Origin: Octopus sinensis
Taxonomy: Eukaryota
DNA length: 64,000 bases
Assembly: GCF_006345805.1 (NCBI RefSeq)
Contig: NC_042998.1
Span: forward strand, 2,790,001 to 2,854,000
Direction of reading: 5' to 3'
Position numbers and translations under genes: made by a program. Of this stretch, positions 28,001 to 41,557 are shown in pieces. Numbering within the stretch: position 1 is the stretch's first letter; every line of letters starts with the position of its first letter. A model generated the notes under the pieces. The model was not told the DNA's origin. It made no database searches and was given only the letters and a program-made list of their open reading frames with translations.

Positions 28001-28696
28001 CGTATGTGTGATGCTATTCTTTGTAGTATTACAGTGTCTTGCAGTTCAAAATGTAGACTATTCAGTTCATAGAACACAGGCAATTCAAAGCCTTATTCTG
28101 TTAATTGGAAACAGACACTCATCACCATCATCATTTAATGACTTTGTTCCATGCGGAAAATGGGTTGGATGGTTTGACAGAATCTGATAGGTCTAAGGAC
28201 CACATTGTGCTCCGGTGCCTGTTATTGTATGGCTTCTATAGCTGGATACCCGACATAATGCCAATCGCTTAACGGAGTGTACCAGGTGCTTTTCTTCATG
28301 CCACTGACACTAGAGACGTTGCCATGTGGCATATAAGACTAAAAAAAAGAAAACCAGTGGGGGGAAAGGCAGCGATTACACAAGGTGTTCAGGGTAGAGT
28401 ATGGAAGGAGGAAAGGGCAAGAAGGTTCTCAGAAAAGTACAGAGTATGGAAGGAGGAAAGGGCAAGAAAGTTCTCGTAGAGGAGCCATATTTTATTTCTC
28501 AAATTTTCATAATCACACCAATGGAATTTCCTAAGGAAATGAGGGAAACTTGATTGATATTTCTAGCAGGTTAAGTGATGACACAAAAGCTCCCTTATTG
28601 GTTTATAGAAACGGAAATATTTATTTCTTCAGGCAGTAAAATTTACAAATAACAATGAACACAATATATTTCCCATCCAGCTGCTGGAAGCACTCC

Positions 28697-29069
28697 GTTG
28701 GTTACGACGACGAAGGTTCCGGTTGATCCGAATCAACGGAACAGCCTGCTCGTGAAATTAACGTGTAAGTGGCTGAGCACTCCACAGACACGTGCACCCT
28801 TAATGTAGTTCTCGGAGATATTCAGCGTGACACAGAGAGTGACAAGGCCGGCCCTTTGAAATACAGGTACAACAGAAACAGGAAGTAAGAGTGAGAGAAA
28901 GTTGTGGTGAAAGAGTACAGCAGGGATCACCACCATCCCCTGCCGGAGCCCTGTGGCGCTTTAGGTGTTTTCGCTCAATAAACACTCACAACGCCCGGTC
29001 TGGGAATCGAAACCGCGATCCTATGACCGTGAGTCCGCTGCCCTAACCACTGGACCATTGCGCCTCCAC
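28697..29069 (-). mobile_element. Third tRNA-derived SINE family
   Basis: Head gtggaggcgcaatggtccagtggttagggcagcggactcac..ggtttcgattccc has clear A and B boxes. Variants lie at ~11140-11419(-), 43728-44028(-), 52582-52877(-) and 8485-8700(+). Confidence 0.75.
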
Positions 29070-30359
29070 TCATCCAGCTGCATCTCATGAACTACAGTCT
29101 ATGTATTAGTTTGACTAATCCAATGAATGCTTCCAGTCTGATCCAAGGTGAAACAAGTCAGGTGAAGACATCAGCAATAATGAGATATTATCGCAAACAA
29201 ATTATTTCTTTCTTCTCCAGCAGACCTCTCCTATTGTCACACGTATGACATTTCCACTTTCTAAACAAATACTGTTACAGCCTTCCTTCATACTAACGAG
29301 CGAGGTCTCTTTCTCTCTGTTTAACGATAAAGCTATGAAAACAAGCAATTATTGTTAAATGAGCAATTTCACACAATGGTCGTAACTAACCTAATGCATT
29401 TTCCCAATTCAATCTCAACTAAATATAGGTGAGATGGAGAGGTTCAATCAAAGTGAAGATAATATCTCATATTTTGGGTTCCTATCTTTCACCTGAGAAC
29501 AGGTAGCATCTTTTATTCTTTACTAATTCCAGTCATTGGACTCTGGTGATGGTGAGGCACCTCCTTGAAGGATTTCAGTTGGACAAATCAAACCCAGTGC
29601 TTATTTTCCTAAGTCTGGAAAGAATTCTTATTTCTTTACTGCCCACAAGGGGCTAAACACAGAGGGGACACACAAGGACCGACAAACGGATTAAGTCGAT
29701 GAGATCAACTCCAGTGCATAACTGGTACTTATTTAATCGACCCCGAAAGGATAAAAGGCAAAGTCAACCTCGGCGGAATTTGAACTCAGAATGTAAGGAC
29801 ACGAAATACCGTTAAGCATTTCACCTGGCTTGCTAACGATTCTGCCAGCTCGCCACCTGGAAATAATCCATCAATGTCTTTTGCTAAACAAACCAACAGC
29901 AGTTGTCAAGCAGTGGGTGAGGACAAATACAGATACAAAGACAAATACACACACACACACGACAAGCTTCTACACAGTTTCCTATCTACTAAATTTACTC
30001 ACAAAGCATTGGTCAGCTTGGGGCTATAGTATGAGATACTCGCCCAAGGAGCCACGCACTGAAGCTGAATCAGAAACCAAGTAGTTGCAAAGCAAGCTTC
30101 AAAACCCAGGTAAAGCTGGAAGAAAGGCAGCACTCATGACTCTTATAAGGACTCTAAAACCGGTGAGAGTCATTAGATTGTGGCTATGCTGGAGCACTAG
30201 TATCAAACAAAGCCCTTTCTATTAATATTATTTAACAATGATAATTACACACACACACATGCACGTGTGTATGTATGCATGTCATCGTCGTTATCATCAT
30301 CATCTAAAGTCAACTGTTCCATAATAAGAAGGGTCAGATAGGATTTGTTGAAGCAGATG

Positions 30360-30520
30360 AGAGAGAGAGAGTATATAACTATATAGAACATTCTTTTCTT
30401 TGTGGTAAGACCATAGTGGATCTACTTCTAGCATATGGATGTCCACATAGTTGTCATCCCAATCTTATATGTATGTAACTATATATATATATATACACAC
30501 ACACACATATAGACACATAC

Positions 30521-30552
<32 letters not shown>

Positions 30553-30728
30553 TATATAACTATATAGAACAGTTTTTTCTTTTTGTTAAGACCATAGCGG
30601 ATCTACTTTTAGCATATGAATGTCCACATAGTGGTCATCCCTCATATATGTATGTAACTATATATATATACATATAAATATATACACACACATATAGACA
30701 CATATCTCCACACACACATACACACTCA
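30360..30728. repeat. Tandem duplication of a ~170-200-bp unit bounded by (GA)n
   Basis: gagtatataactatatagaac...ggatctact..tagcatat..atgtccacatag occurs twice. Confidence 0.8.
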
Positions 30729-30909
30729 GAGAGAGAGAAAATTTATGATAATTTGTTTTTCTAAACAACAGAGACAAATTTCATGAATTTGTTATCATCA
30801 ACTATCAAAAGTTGAATAAGAAAAAAATTTTCATAGAGATATAAGAAAATAGAATGAGCTATTTAATTAGTTTGAGAGTTCCAATCAGTGCAGAGATTGA
30901 AATAAATAC

Positions 30910-30925
30910 CTGCTACCAAGGAAAT
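30910..30925 (-). CDS. Candidate 16-nt microexon ISLVA(g)
   Basis: Acceptor ccctctcccccctctttcag| and donor CAG|gtattt. Phase 0 to 1 links exon 33557-33584 to exon 22745-22817. Confidence 0.25.
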
Positions 30926-31688
30926 CTGAAAGAGGGGGGAGAGGGTAAATAAAAGTCTGATTTATGTAGGGCCTCTGGTATGTTATGACCGCAGTGCAAC
31001 TGGTCTTGTAATAGCACCTTCTTGTAAGAGTTTATTTGGTACAGAGACAGCCACTCAGGCTGGCAACCTGAGCCTGCATATATGGCGGACACCTCACCGA
31101 ACTCATTGCTTTACGCTTCCTCCACCACCGGCAACTCCTCCTCCTTCTTCTCTTCTCACCTGAAATCACCCCACCATTTCTGTCTATCATAAATTTAGTA
31201 AGACTATGAAAGGTAATTTATATAGGCCATCAATAATAACAGACTTTCACCTGACAATTTCTGCCAAGCAAAAATGTTGTTAATATCTTAATGAAAGAGT
31301 ATGTAATATTTGCGGTCTTCGTTGATAATTTTGTTATGTTGTTGTTTGCTGTTTTTAATTTAGTTTATTTTGTTTGTTTATGCTTTTTTAGCTCTGTTTT
31401 AAATAACCAACTTTAGCTATATATAGGTATAAAAAATACTAAAATCAAGCCTCAAAGAATCATGGAAATTCTAACTGAAAATCAAGGGGAAACAAAATAA
31501 ATAAAAAGTAAATGCTATTTTTAAATAAACCAAACCTCTTTAGCAACCACAGGCAGCTCAGTCTTGTATTTATACTTGAAACATTTTATTCCTGTTTCAA
31601 TCAAACAACTGCCTATTGATCACTGTTATAGCATAACAGCTGTTTCAGTAAAACCACCAGATCATATACATTTGTGTATATGTATATG

Positions 31689-31720
<32 letters not shown>

Positions 31721-31956
31721 CTTGGTGGTCCAAAAGTAGGTCTACAGTTATCACGTAGGCACTTTAAATTTCTTTTTAAATATTTTATTATATTTAAATT
31801 TCTATCTTACGAGCTGAAACGGGGGACTTGACAAAATTAACTAAATTAGCAGAGAATAATGGTTTCATTTTTTTAATATATTTAAGATGTAAACTGTAAT
31901 ATATGAATGCGAAAGAGATTGTTGAATAACTGTAAACCTACTTTTGGACTACCCTA
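31721..31956. mobile_element. Second Tc1/mariner-type MITE
   Basis: ~30-bp TIRs ggtggtccaaaagtaggtctacagttat / ataactgtaaacctacttttggactaccc, TA-flanked. Confidence 0.75.
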
Positions 31957-31958
31957 TA

Positions 31959-31989
<31 letters not shown>

Positions 31990-33556
31990 ATATATATGGA
32001 GAGGGAGAGAGAGAGAGACAGTGTGTGTGAATGTGAATATGGATCATCATCATCATCGTTTAACGTCCGTTCTCCATGCTAGCATGGGTTGGACGGTTCG
32101 ACCGGGAATCTGGGAAGCCAGGAGGCTGCACCAGGCTCCAGTCTGATCTGGCAGTGTTTCTACAGCTGGATGCCCTTCCTAACGCCAACCACTCCGTGAG
32201 TGTAGTGGGTGCTTTTTACGTGCCACATGCACAGGTGCCAGGCGAGGCTGGCAACGGCCACAGTCGGATTGGTGCATTCTACGTGCCACCGGCACGGAAA
32301 CCAGTCGAGGCGACGCTGGCATCGGCCACGATTCGGATAGAGCTTTTTACGTACCACCAGTCCGGGGGTCCTGGCAACTGCCGGGTGCCAGTCATAGGAT
32401 TGGTTCAAGTTCGATTCCGATTATATATATGTATTTATATTATATACACTCTCTCTATCTCTCTCTCTCTCTCAAACATACATACAAAACCAAAAGACAA
32501 ACGCTGACAGCTAAATGTAAAATGACAGAAAAGACAGAGTTTATTACACGGACTTTACAAACGGACAAAACCCTTTTTTGTAACTTTTGTCCTTACAAGT
32601 TTTATTTGATTTTGCTAGCCCTTGTGGCCAATAAACAAATTAATTATTATCATCTTTAATATTGATATCAATACCCTTGAGGAAATGTTGATAACAGGAC
32701 TTTCAACCTTTTCCTCAAATATTGGTGCTAAACTTAATTGAAAGTGTCTTACATTTGTTCTTATTGTTTTATGATTTCCAATCCCTTGCTGCCAAACTAA
32801 TACAAATCTGATGGGTCTGTAAATTTCTACATAGGCACTCCTTTTTTAAGCGTAGTACTTATTTTATCAGTCTCTTTCGCCGAACCACTAAGTTACAGGT
32901 ATGTAAACACACCAACACCAGTGATGAGGGGACAAAGACAAAGAGACACACTCTCTCGTACACACACACGCACACACTCTCTCACACACATACATGATGG
33001 GCTTCTTTCAGTTTCTATCTATCAAATCCATACACAAAGCTTTTGCTGGCCTGAGGCTATAGTAGAAGACACCTACCCGAGGTGCCACACCATGGGACTG
33101 AACCTGGAACCATGTGGTTGGGAAGCAAGCTTCTTACCACACAACCATGCCTGCACCTACATGTCTGAGTTAATATCTTTTATCTCGCTTCAGTCATTAG
33201 ACTGTGGCCATACGGAGGCACTGCCCTGAAGAGTTTTAGTTGAATGAATTGATCCAGTTCTTAGTTTAGGAAGCTTGGTACACGTTCTCTCAGTCTCTTT
33301 TGCTGATCCACTAAGTTACAGGGACATAAACTAACATTGGTTGTCAAGCGGTGGTGGCACAGAAAGACACACACACATACCTACATACACACATACGACA
33401 GGATTCTTTCAGTTTCCGTCTATCAAATCCACACACAAAGATTTTGCTGGCCTGAGGCTATAGTGGAAGACACTTGCCCAAGGTGCCACGGAGCAAGACT
33501 GAACCTGAAGCCATATGATTCTTAATGCACAGCCACACCTAAAAGCATTCATTTAC

Positions 33557-33584
33557 CTGAAAGGTAGCACCTTCATTATAGTCT
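33557..33584 (-). CDS. Candidate 28-nt microexon (R)DYNEGATFQ
   Basis: Acceptor attatattgtctcttcag| and donor CAG|gtaaat. Phase-compatible with 36088-36219. Confidence 0.3.
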
Positions 33585-34061
33585 CTGAAGAGACAATATA
33601 ATGTTGTTATGGTTAAGCTGCTTCTAGCATTGATGTTATAATTAATGTTAATAGATGCTGTTAATGTTATAAGTAATCCTGATGTTACAGTTAATTGCTT
33701 CCATTAAGGTTAAAGAGAAATTAGTGAAATGAATGAATCTCAGAGTAAAATTTCAATTTAAAATCAATTACATCTAACAAAGAATCCAATCAAATATTGA
33801 CAAATTATTGACCATAAATCTACTTAGCATAGAACTTAAAAGAATATCATCAACATAGATCTATTTAAGCACAGAATGAAGGAAACCTGCTACCAGTAAC
33901 TAAATAATGCAATACAATCTACTCATGGTTGGGTGGTCAACAACCATACTGCCCCACTACCCCATGCTCTGTAGGTTTACCCAGTGAAGAAGGTATGTGG
34001 GCATACAGCAGAATTAAAAATCAAAACTTGTCAAAAGTGGACAAGGTCTTTGAGAACTAAT

Positions 34062-34453
34062 GGCACCCATGATTGGCTGTATGGTAAGAAGTTTCTTCAC
34101 AACCACATGGCTCGAGGTTCAGCCCCACTGTGTAGCACCTTGGGCAAGTGTCTTCTACTGTAGCCTTAGGCCAACCAAAGCCTTGTGAGTGGATTTGGTA
34201 AACGGAAACTGAAAGAAACCCCATTGTATGTATATCTATATAAGTATATCTATCTGTGTGTGTGTGTGTGTGTGCGCACATTCGTGTATGCATGACCACC
34301 ACCACCACTTGACAATCTGTATCGGTGTGTTTATGTTCTCTTAACTTAGCAGTTCGGCAAAACGAGATTGATAGAATAAGTACCAGGCTTAACAAAAGAA
34401 TAAGTACTGGGTTGATTCATTCAACTAAAAAAATCCTTCAAGGCACCGGTGCC

Positions 34454-34455
<2 letters not shown>
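34062..34455 (+). mobile_element. CORE-type SINE copy; two minus-strand copies lie at ~32840-33160 and ~33175-33540
   Basis: Same head, core and tail sequence. Confidence 0.75.
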
Positions 34456-34503
<48 letters not shown>

Positions 34504-35507
34504 ACCCAAAGGTAGTGATCTTTTCCTCAGACAATGTTAGTGATATGGAGAGAAGAGTCATGCATTCATAAGCAACAACTAGTTTTCCACACACAAAAAA
34601 ACCCTTGTCCTAGTCTGCACATACATGTGCAGATACACAGTTAACCCTAAAAGATGAAAGCTGTCAAAGTAGAATTACATTCAAACAAAACGCTTTGAAA
34701 GGTCTTTAAAATTTAGTCAGAAACCATTATTTTACCCACACTTGGTGGTTCACAAGATTGTAAATACTGCATTGATATCTTTCATAGGTTACAAGGTGTT
34801 GGATTTATAGAACAAGAGAAATGAAACTGAGATCTGAGATAAATATGACCTTCTCTAGAACACTACAACACTGGCTACTGAAATGAAGAGATGAAGTTCT
34901 GGAAATTAAACTGAAGTCATAAAGGCAACTTGACGGTGAAAAATAAGGGACAGTTCTCCAAAAGAGACTTATTTCAATAATTATTCTTCATCTAACCATA
35001 TTCTTTTAGACTTTTACTGGTTTCAGTCAATCGACTGCAGCCATACTAAATCACTGCCTTCAAGAGATTTTAGTCGATAATATTGACTATCAATACTTAT
35101 TTCAGTTAGTCTGGTAATTATTTCATTGATTTGTATTTATCAAATGATTAAGATGCACTTTGACATACACTGGTAAACATTAACCACACACACACACACT
35201 TCTACACAACTTCCATCTACCATATTCAACTCATAAGGCATCACTAACAAGTCTGAAGTTACAGTAGGATATATTTGCCAACATGGTATTCAGCAAAAAT
35301 CAAACTCACAGTTCTGTGGTTATAGACTTTCTTAACGACACAGTTATGCCTATGCTTATTCCATCCTTATATCCCATTATTTGTCCAGTCACTGGCTTGG
35401 GGCCATACTGGAGCACTATCTTCAAGTGTTTTAGACAATTATATATAAACCTCAGTGCCTATTTCAATCTGGTACTTATTTAACCAATTGTGTTATGTCA
35501 AACAATA

Positions 35508-35723
35508 TGAGGGGAGGTTGAAAAGTTCCTGGCTTTGAGTAAAAGAAAACACAGGAGGGTCAATTAATAATGATTTTATTCAACATATTTCCCTTTCAGA
35601 TTGATGTACTTATTGCAGCGGTCCTTCGGTTTTTCTAAGCCCTGTAAAAGGGATCGGTAAGTTGGACCTCCAGCCAAGTCTTTCACAAAACCCTTAAAGC
35701 CAGGAACATTTCAGCACCCCTCA
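35508..35723. mobile_element. Tc1/mariner-type MITE (~216 bp)
   Basis: TIRs tgagggg..tgaaaagttcctggcttt / aaagccaggaacatttcagcacccctca with TA on both sides. Copies lie at 27230-27429, 37805-38021 and 54821-55027. Confidence 0.85.
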
Positions 35724-36087
35724 TACATAAATACGAACATGAACATAGGAACAAGCACACTTGCTCACATGACAGGTTCCCCTACAGTCACAGTTTCCCA
35801 AGTAGTTAATAAACCAAGATACGTTCCCAGGGTTTGAACTTGTAGGATAAACCCAGAACCAAGTTGTTTCAAAGCAAACTTCTTAATCACCTGACCACAC
35901 CTGCATTTATTCCATATATATGCCAAGAAAGGATATAATTTTATTACCATTAGGCATCTAGAATGTTATCAAGCACATAGTTGGGCAATAAATTTAGCAG
36001 TACATCAACTTTTACATTCTACAGAGGATAAAAGGTGGGCAAGACAAAAACATTCTTAGAAAGACTCCAGATATAGATGCAGATTAC

Positions 36088-36219
36088 CTGAACAGTTTAT
36101 TCCAAAAGTCTTTCAGCCAGAAAATACAAACAACTTTCAGAAATTCCTGGCCTGGCAGTGATTCTAGAGTAATTGCTTGCTTGAGAAAAGCATGAATGCG
36201 CTGTTCATTAAGCCCATCT
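36088..36219 (-). CDS. Candidate 132-nt exon DGLNEQRIHAFLKQAITLESLPGQEFLKVVCIFWLKDFWNKLF
   Basis: Acceptor gttttcctgttctgcatgcatcag| and donor CAG|gtaatc. Symmetric phase-2 exon with one frame open throughout. Confidence 0.4.
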
Positions 36220-36878
36220 CTGATGCATGCAGAACAGGAAAACTATTGTGCCTCACCTCTTTAGTATCTGTGCACTGTCGATTTGTGGTTGCCAGAGCAA
36301 CAAGCTGGCCTCCATGCCGATGGCACGTTAAAAACACCATTTGAGCATGATCGTTACCTGCATCGCCTTACAAGCACTTGTGCTAGTGGCACGTGACAAA
36401 AGCATTCAAGCAAGATTGTTGCCAGTGCTGCTGGATTGGCTCCTGTGTAGGTGGCACATAAAAAGCACCATTTGAGCATGGCCGTTGCCCATACCACCTG
36501 ACTGGCCCTCATGCCGGTGGCACTTAAAAGCACCCACTACACTCTCAGAGTGGTTGGCTTTAGGAAGGGCATCGAGCTGTAGAAACTCTGCCAGATCAGA
36601 TTGGAGCCTGGAGGCAGCCATCTGGTTTGCAGACCTCAGTTGGGGGAATAATCCTAGATCTGTAGAGTTCTTTGATTGGTCCAAGGTGACTTTCCTGTTA
36701 CTGGTACATTTCCCTTCATTACCCCATTCTAGTGGGGGTTTTTTTCATTCTCGTTTTCTTGTCTTTGTTTTCCATAACTGATTCCACATAAAATTCCATT
36801 GTTTTTTAAATTTATCCCTGTAATGGCCACACCCCTCTCCCCTGTAGCACATAAAACAAATCATTATAAATGCACCAT

Positions 36879-36911
<33 letters not shown>

Positions 36912-36974
36912 CGCCAGCATGGAAGGCGGATGTTAAACGATTATGATGATATGTAAATGGTGCACACGCACATA

Positions 36975-37029
<55 letters not shown>

Positions 37030-37599
37030 ATATGTATGTGGAGGGGAGACCAGCAACCTTTATATTTTTAATTGTTTTTCTTAGTGATACTAAAACAAAA
37101 ATATAAATCTGAAATCTGTTCAGAGGTAAATTGTCAAGCAAAATATAATTTGCAGTTAAAATGTTTCCTTTTAAACATGTACTAAGTGCACTGATGCAGA
37201 CGATAAAAATGTATTAATAAACAGAAATGTCTTAATTAGCTGTCACTTCTATTCTCTGTTATTGTTTTACTTTCAATAACAACGTATTTATTAAACGTTA
37301 CAACTAAGAGAATTGGTAATTTTCATTAAAGAATCACAGATAATTTAATACAAAATATAATTATTTTGGAAAGACATTTAAATATCAACACATCATTATT
37401 GAAGCTTGATAACTACATTAATAGTTTAACCTCAAAGGATGCTGAGAAGACGGAAAATAGAACCTGGCTAACTCTAAAATCAAATTACATTTTAACTGTG
37501 AGCAAATTAAATCAAAAATGATGGAGAAGATTTTCAAGTAAATCTTGAGATGTGGACTCTATAGTCTACCCATTGTGCATGTTAGTAAACACTGCTGAG

Positions 37600-38345
37600 T
37601 GAAAGGCCACGTTCACGTGTGATGGAAGGCAGGAGACTGAACTGGATGCTAGAATTGCAGGTGCCAGCGCAGTAGTGTACCATCTCCAGTATTTGATCCA
37701 GAAGAGAAGTTGCTAAAAAAAAAAGCCAAACTTGCTGTCTTCAATTCATTTTTTTGTGCCTCTCCTCATGAATGCTGGGTAATGACTGAAAGGGTATGAT
37801 TGTGCAAGGGGCTACTGAAAAGTTCCTTACTTTAAGGGTATTGCAAAAGGCTTGGTTGAAGGCTCAACCGTCAAAGTTCTTTTACATGGCTTAGAAAAAC
37901 TGAAGGACCGCTGTAATAAGTGTGTGAATCTGATAGGGGGATATGTTAAAATAAATCATAATTAACTTATCTTCCTGTGTTTTCTTTTACTCAAAGCCAG
38001 GAACTTTTCGGTATCCCCTTGTAAATACAAGCAACCAAAATGGAGTTCCTTTAAAGGATCTCTCTGGAGTATGTTACTTGATAGTATGTTACTTGATAGG
38101 GTGTGTAGCTCAGAGATCAGGAAGTGTCTCCAGGTCAAGACCCAACCTCTCCATATTGAGAGATCACAGCTCCAGAACAACAAACATGTGATTAGAATGT
38201 CAGGAGACCAAGAATGAGGGAGCTGGATGATATTCATAATCTTGGTTGGTAGAGCTTGAGAATCCAGCTGGAAAATCTAATGATGATTGCTTCTGATAGG
38301 ACCCTTTGGAGGAGGTGCCTAAGGACTCTACCGCAACAACCCACC
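37600..38345 (+). mobile_element. Degenerate RTE LINE of a second (Rex3/Expander-like) family, interrupted by a mariner MITE
   Basis: Fragments read ELDARIAGASAV..AKLAVFNS..HECWVMTER and IQATKMEFL..RISG..HIERSQL..LWRRCLRTLPQQP on either side of the MITE. Confidence 0.7.
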
Positions 38346-39129
38346 CAGGAATACTGGGCAAAGAAATGGTTAGATGGATGGTAACTCTGAATATCAACTG
38401 ATAGAAACTAGAGGGAGTGTTTGGTCCTCTTGACACAGGACATTCCCTCTGCTGTTGGTGGCATAATATAATGCATCTCCTCCACACTTTAAGATACACA
38501 TAGTACACAAGATAACCGTTATTCAATTGTTGTGTGTGTGAAACAGTACACAGTTACCGTGTGACAAATTCACTCCCAAGGCATCCAGGGCGATAACAGA
38601 AGACACTTGCTCAAGGGGATGCACAGTGGAACTGAACTCAAAACCACATGCTTGCAATGCAATCTTTTTAACCACACAGCTACATGCTTGCACCTATATA
38701 TAGAAACAGTTGAATATTAAATTGTAACATCATTCAGTAAACAAGCTGAAGCTTCTAAGCCACTGTCAATCTGTTCCTTGTAAAACCAATATCGTAGCTG
38801 GAGCTGGTGCCCCCTGACTGGCTCCCGTGCTGGTGACATGCAAAAAGTACCATCCGAATGTGGTCCATACCAGGTCTGCCTGACTGGCTCCTGTGCTGAT
38901 GGCATGTAAAAGGCACCATCTGAATGTGTTCGTTGCCAGGCTTGCCCTCCTGGCTCCTGTGCTGGTGGCATATAATAAAGCACCCTTGTTTCTGTCTGTA
39001 CAGTATTGCAATAAAATAACTGAAATAAAATTTCAGTACTGCAAACTATTTTTGGATGTATTAGTATTTGCAGAGCTTCCAAAAACCACCCTTGATGAAA
39101 CAGCATATATTTTTAAAGTATTCACATAC

Positions 39130-39179
39130 TTCTCGAGTGAAAGGCGCTGCTGTGCAATTTCATAGAGGATTTGTTCTTT
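39130..39179 (-). CDS. Candidate 50-nt exon KEQILYEIAQQRLSLE
   Basis: Acceptor aataattgttttgctctatttag| and donor GAA|gtatgt. Ends in phase 2, matching 36088-36219. Confidence 0.4.
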
Positions 39180-40837
39180 CTAAATAGAGCAAAACAATTA
39201 TTTATTGCTGAGATGCCAAGAGAATGCATTATTAGGTGGAGATTTGCTGAAACTGTTGTAGGAGAGTGAAACAGAAAAAAAAAGAATAATTCTTTGATAG
39301 TGAAATGAAATCACGTTGCAACTTCACAGTGGCAACATTAGGTGATTAAAGGATGAGCAATGAGGGCGTGAGAGAAAGGTAATGCGTGGTGGTGGTGGTG
39401 GTGGTAAGAAGAAAAAGAAAAAGAAGAGGAGGGGGGAGTGGCAGCAGCAGCATTATGGCTGCAAAAGACTTGAGGAAAAATTGGAATATTATCAAAACAT
39501 GTTTGTAAAATTTGCTCCTCTTTAAAAAAATATATCATAACATGAAAAGTCTTTGTGTCCTCAAATTATTTATGATGACAGGCCATAGGTTATATTAAGA
39601 CATGACATATTAATGAATGAAAATATATATATATCAGTGGAGTAAATTATAAAATATATACATTGCCTCTGCTCTTTCATTTCAAGTACAGGGGTCAATG
39701 GAGTTGACTAACTACCACCACCACCATCCCACTTCAAAATTGCAATCCTTGTATCTAAATCAAAAACTAAGGTTGTTAAGTTGGAAGAATTATTACAGTG
39801 TCAGGAAAAAAATCCTTATGTTATTTGTTCCAAGTCTTTACAGTCTGAGTTCAAATCACACCAAAGTCAACTCTGATTTTCATTTCTTTGAAATCAATAA
39901 AACATAATACCAGTCAAGGACAGGAGAATGTTTTCATCCAACCCCCTCCCCTCGAAACTGCTGGCTATGCACCAAAATTTGAAATTATTTGCTGTAGTTA
40001 TTATCTCCATCTTTACACTCTGAGTTCAAATTCCATCAAGGTAGACTTTACTTTTCATTCCTTCTGAGTCAATTATACAGGTAGGTACCAGTTGAGCACA
40101 GGGGTTGATGGAATCAACCAATACCCTCCCTGAAAACTTCACGTATTGTGCCTATGACAGAAAGGATTTTTGCCTTTCATTCTTTCGAGCCGATAAAATA
40201 AGAACCAGGTAAGTATTGGAGTCAATGTAATCGACTTAACGTCTCCCCCGAAATTGCTGACCTTGTACCAAAATTTGAAATTATTATTATTATTATTATT
40301 AATATTACTATTATTATTATTATTATTATTATTATCATTATTATTATTATTGTCATTATATGTGCAACAAAATGGTGGATCCATGAACATGCTACACAAA
40401 ATGCTTAGCAACATTTCTTCCAGCTCTTTATATTCTGAGTTCCAAAGCCACCAAGGTCAACTTGCCTTTCATCCTTTTCAGAGTGGATGAAATAAGCACT
40501 AGTTTGGCACTAGGGCCAATATAATCAATTTGCACCCCACCCCCACAAAAAAAAATTGCTGGCCTTATATCAAAATGTGAAACCATTATTATTATAATTG
40601 TTGCTTTTGTTAAGGTGGAAAGCTGGCAGAATTGTTAGCACCCCAGGCAAAGTGCTGAGTGGCATTTTGTCTGTCTTTATGTTCTGAGTTCAAATTCTGC
40701 TTAAGTCCACTTTGTGTTACATCCTTGCAAGGTTGATAAAATAAGAACCAGTTGAACACTGGGGTTGATAAAATCAACTTAGACCCTCCTCCAAACCTGC
40801 TGGCCTTGTGCCAAAATTTGAAACCATTATTATTATT

Positions 40838-41390
40838 GAGTGAGAGAGCAGTGCATGCCATCAAAGTGACACTGGGGTGAAATATATGAAACCCAGTATA
40901 ACCATTATGTATCCACCTGATAAGGGTACACCAGGCACATGCATCACAACTATATGTACTCAACATCATGATCTCATATCACGATAAACAGCACATGACC
41001 TTGCAGGTGGGGCCCAGTTAGAATTTTTTTTGGATTGAGTAGCCCATCTTGCTCAAAAGATCCCTGAATAAGGGTTGTTTAAGGATGTTGAACAAAACAC
41101 CCATATTTCCAGAGGTGAATTATTCAAACCTACAAGAATTCCTCTCAACACATGGCTATGATGCTCCCCCACTACTTCTGCTCGTGATCAGAGATGCACA
41201 TATCGTCAGCCACTGAAGGACATACTCAACTGGTTACGGTCAAACAACTGACAAGCAAATCTGTGGTATTGAGCAGAATATTTGCTGTAGCCCATCTTTT
41301 ATACCAAGACAAAACAATGTACATGATAACACTTGCAATCAGTTGAGATCAGAAGCCATGAGAGCCACTGCCTGGTACTGCATCAGGGTA
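40838..41390. repeat. Probable interspersed repeat, unclassified
   Basis: Discrete, GC-richer ~550-bp block between SINE and microsatellite flanks. No second copy in the window, so repeat status is inferred. Confidence 0.3.
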
Positions 41391-41504
41391 ATAATTGAAT
41401 TTATATCCATCTTTTCATCGGGACTCTGATGATTCCAAAATTCAAAAACACACAGCTCATCTTGTAACTACTGTGAATACCACCACCATCTGACTAAGCA
41501 AACA

Positions 41505-41548
<44 letters not shown>

Positions 41549-41557
41549 ATTGCTTAC

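Noticed and set aside
29040-29069. tRNA-like A/B boxes here and at other SINE heads
   Set aside because: No complete cloverleaf; these are SINE promoters, not tRNA genes.
29221-29242. Plus-strand 22-nt segment with good acceptor and donor (gtatga)
   Set aside because: Isolated. Kept only as a reminder that pseudo-exons of this quality occur by chance, which tempers the minus-strand microexon calls.
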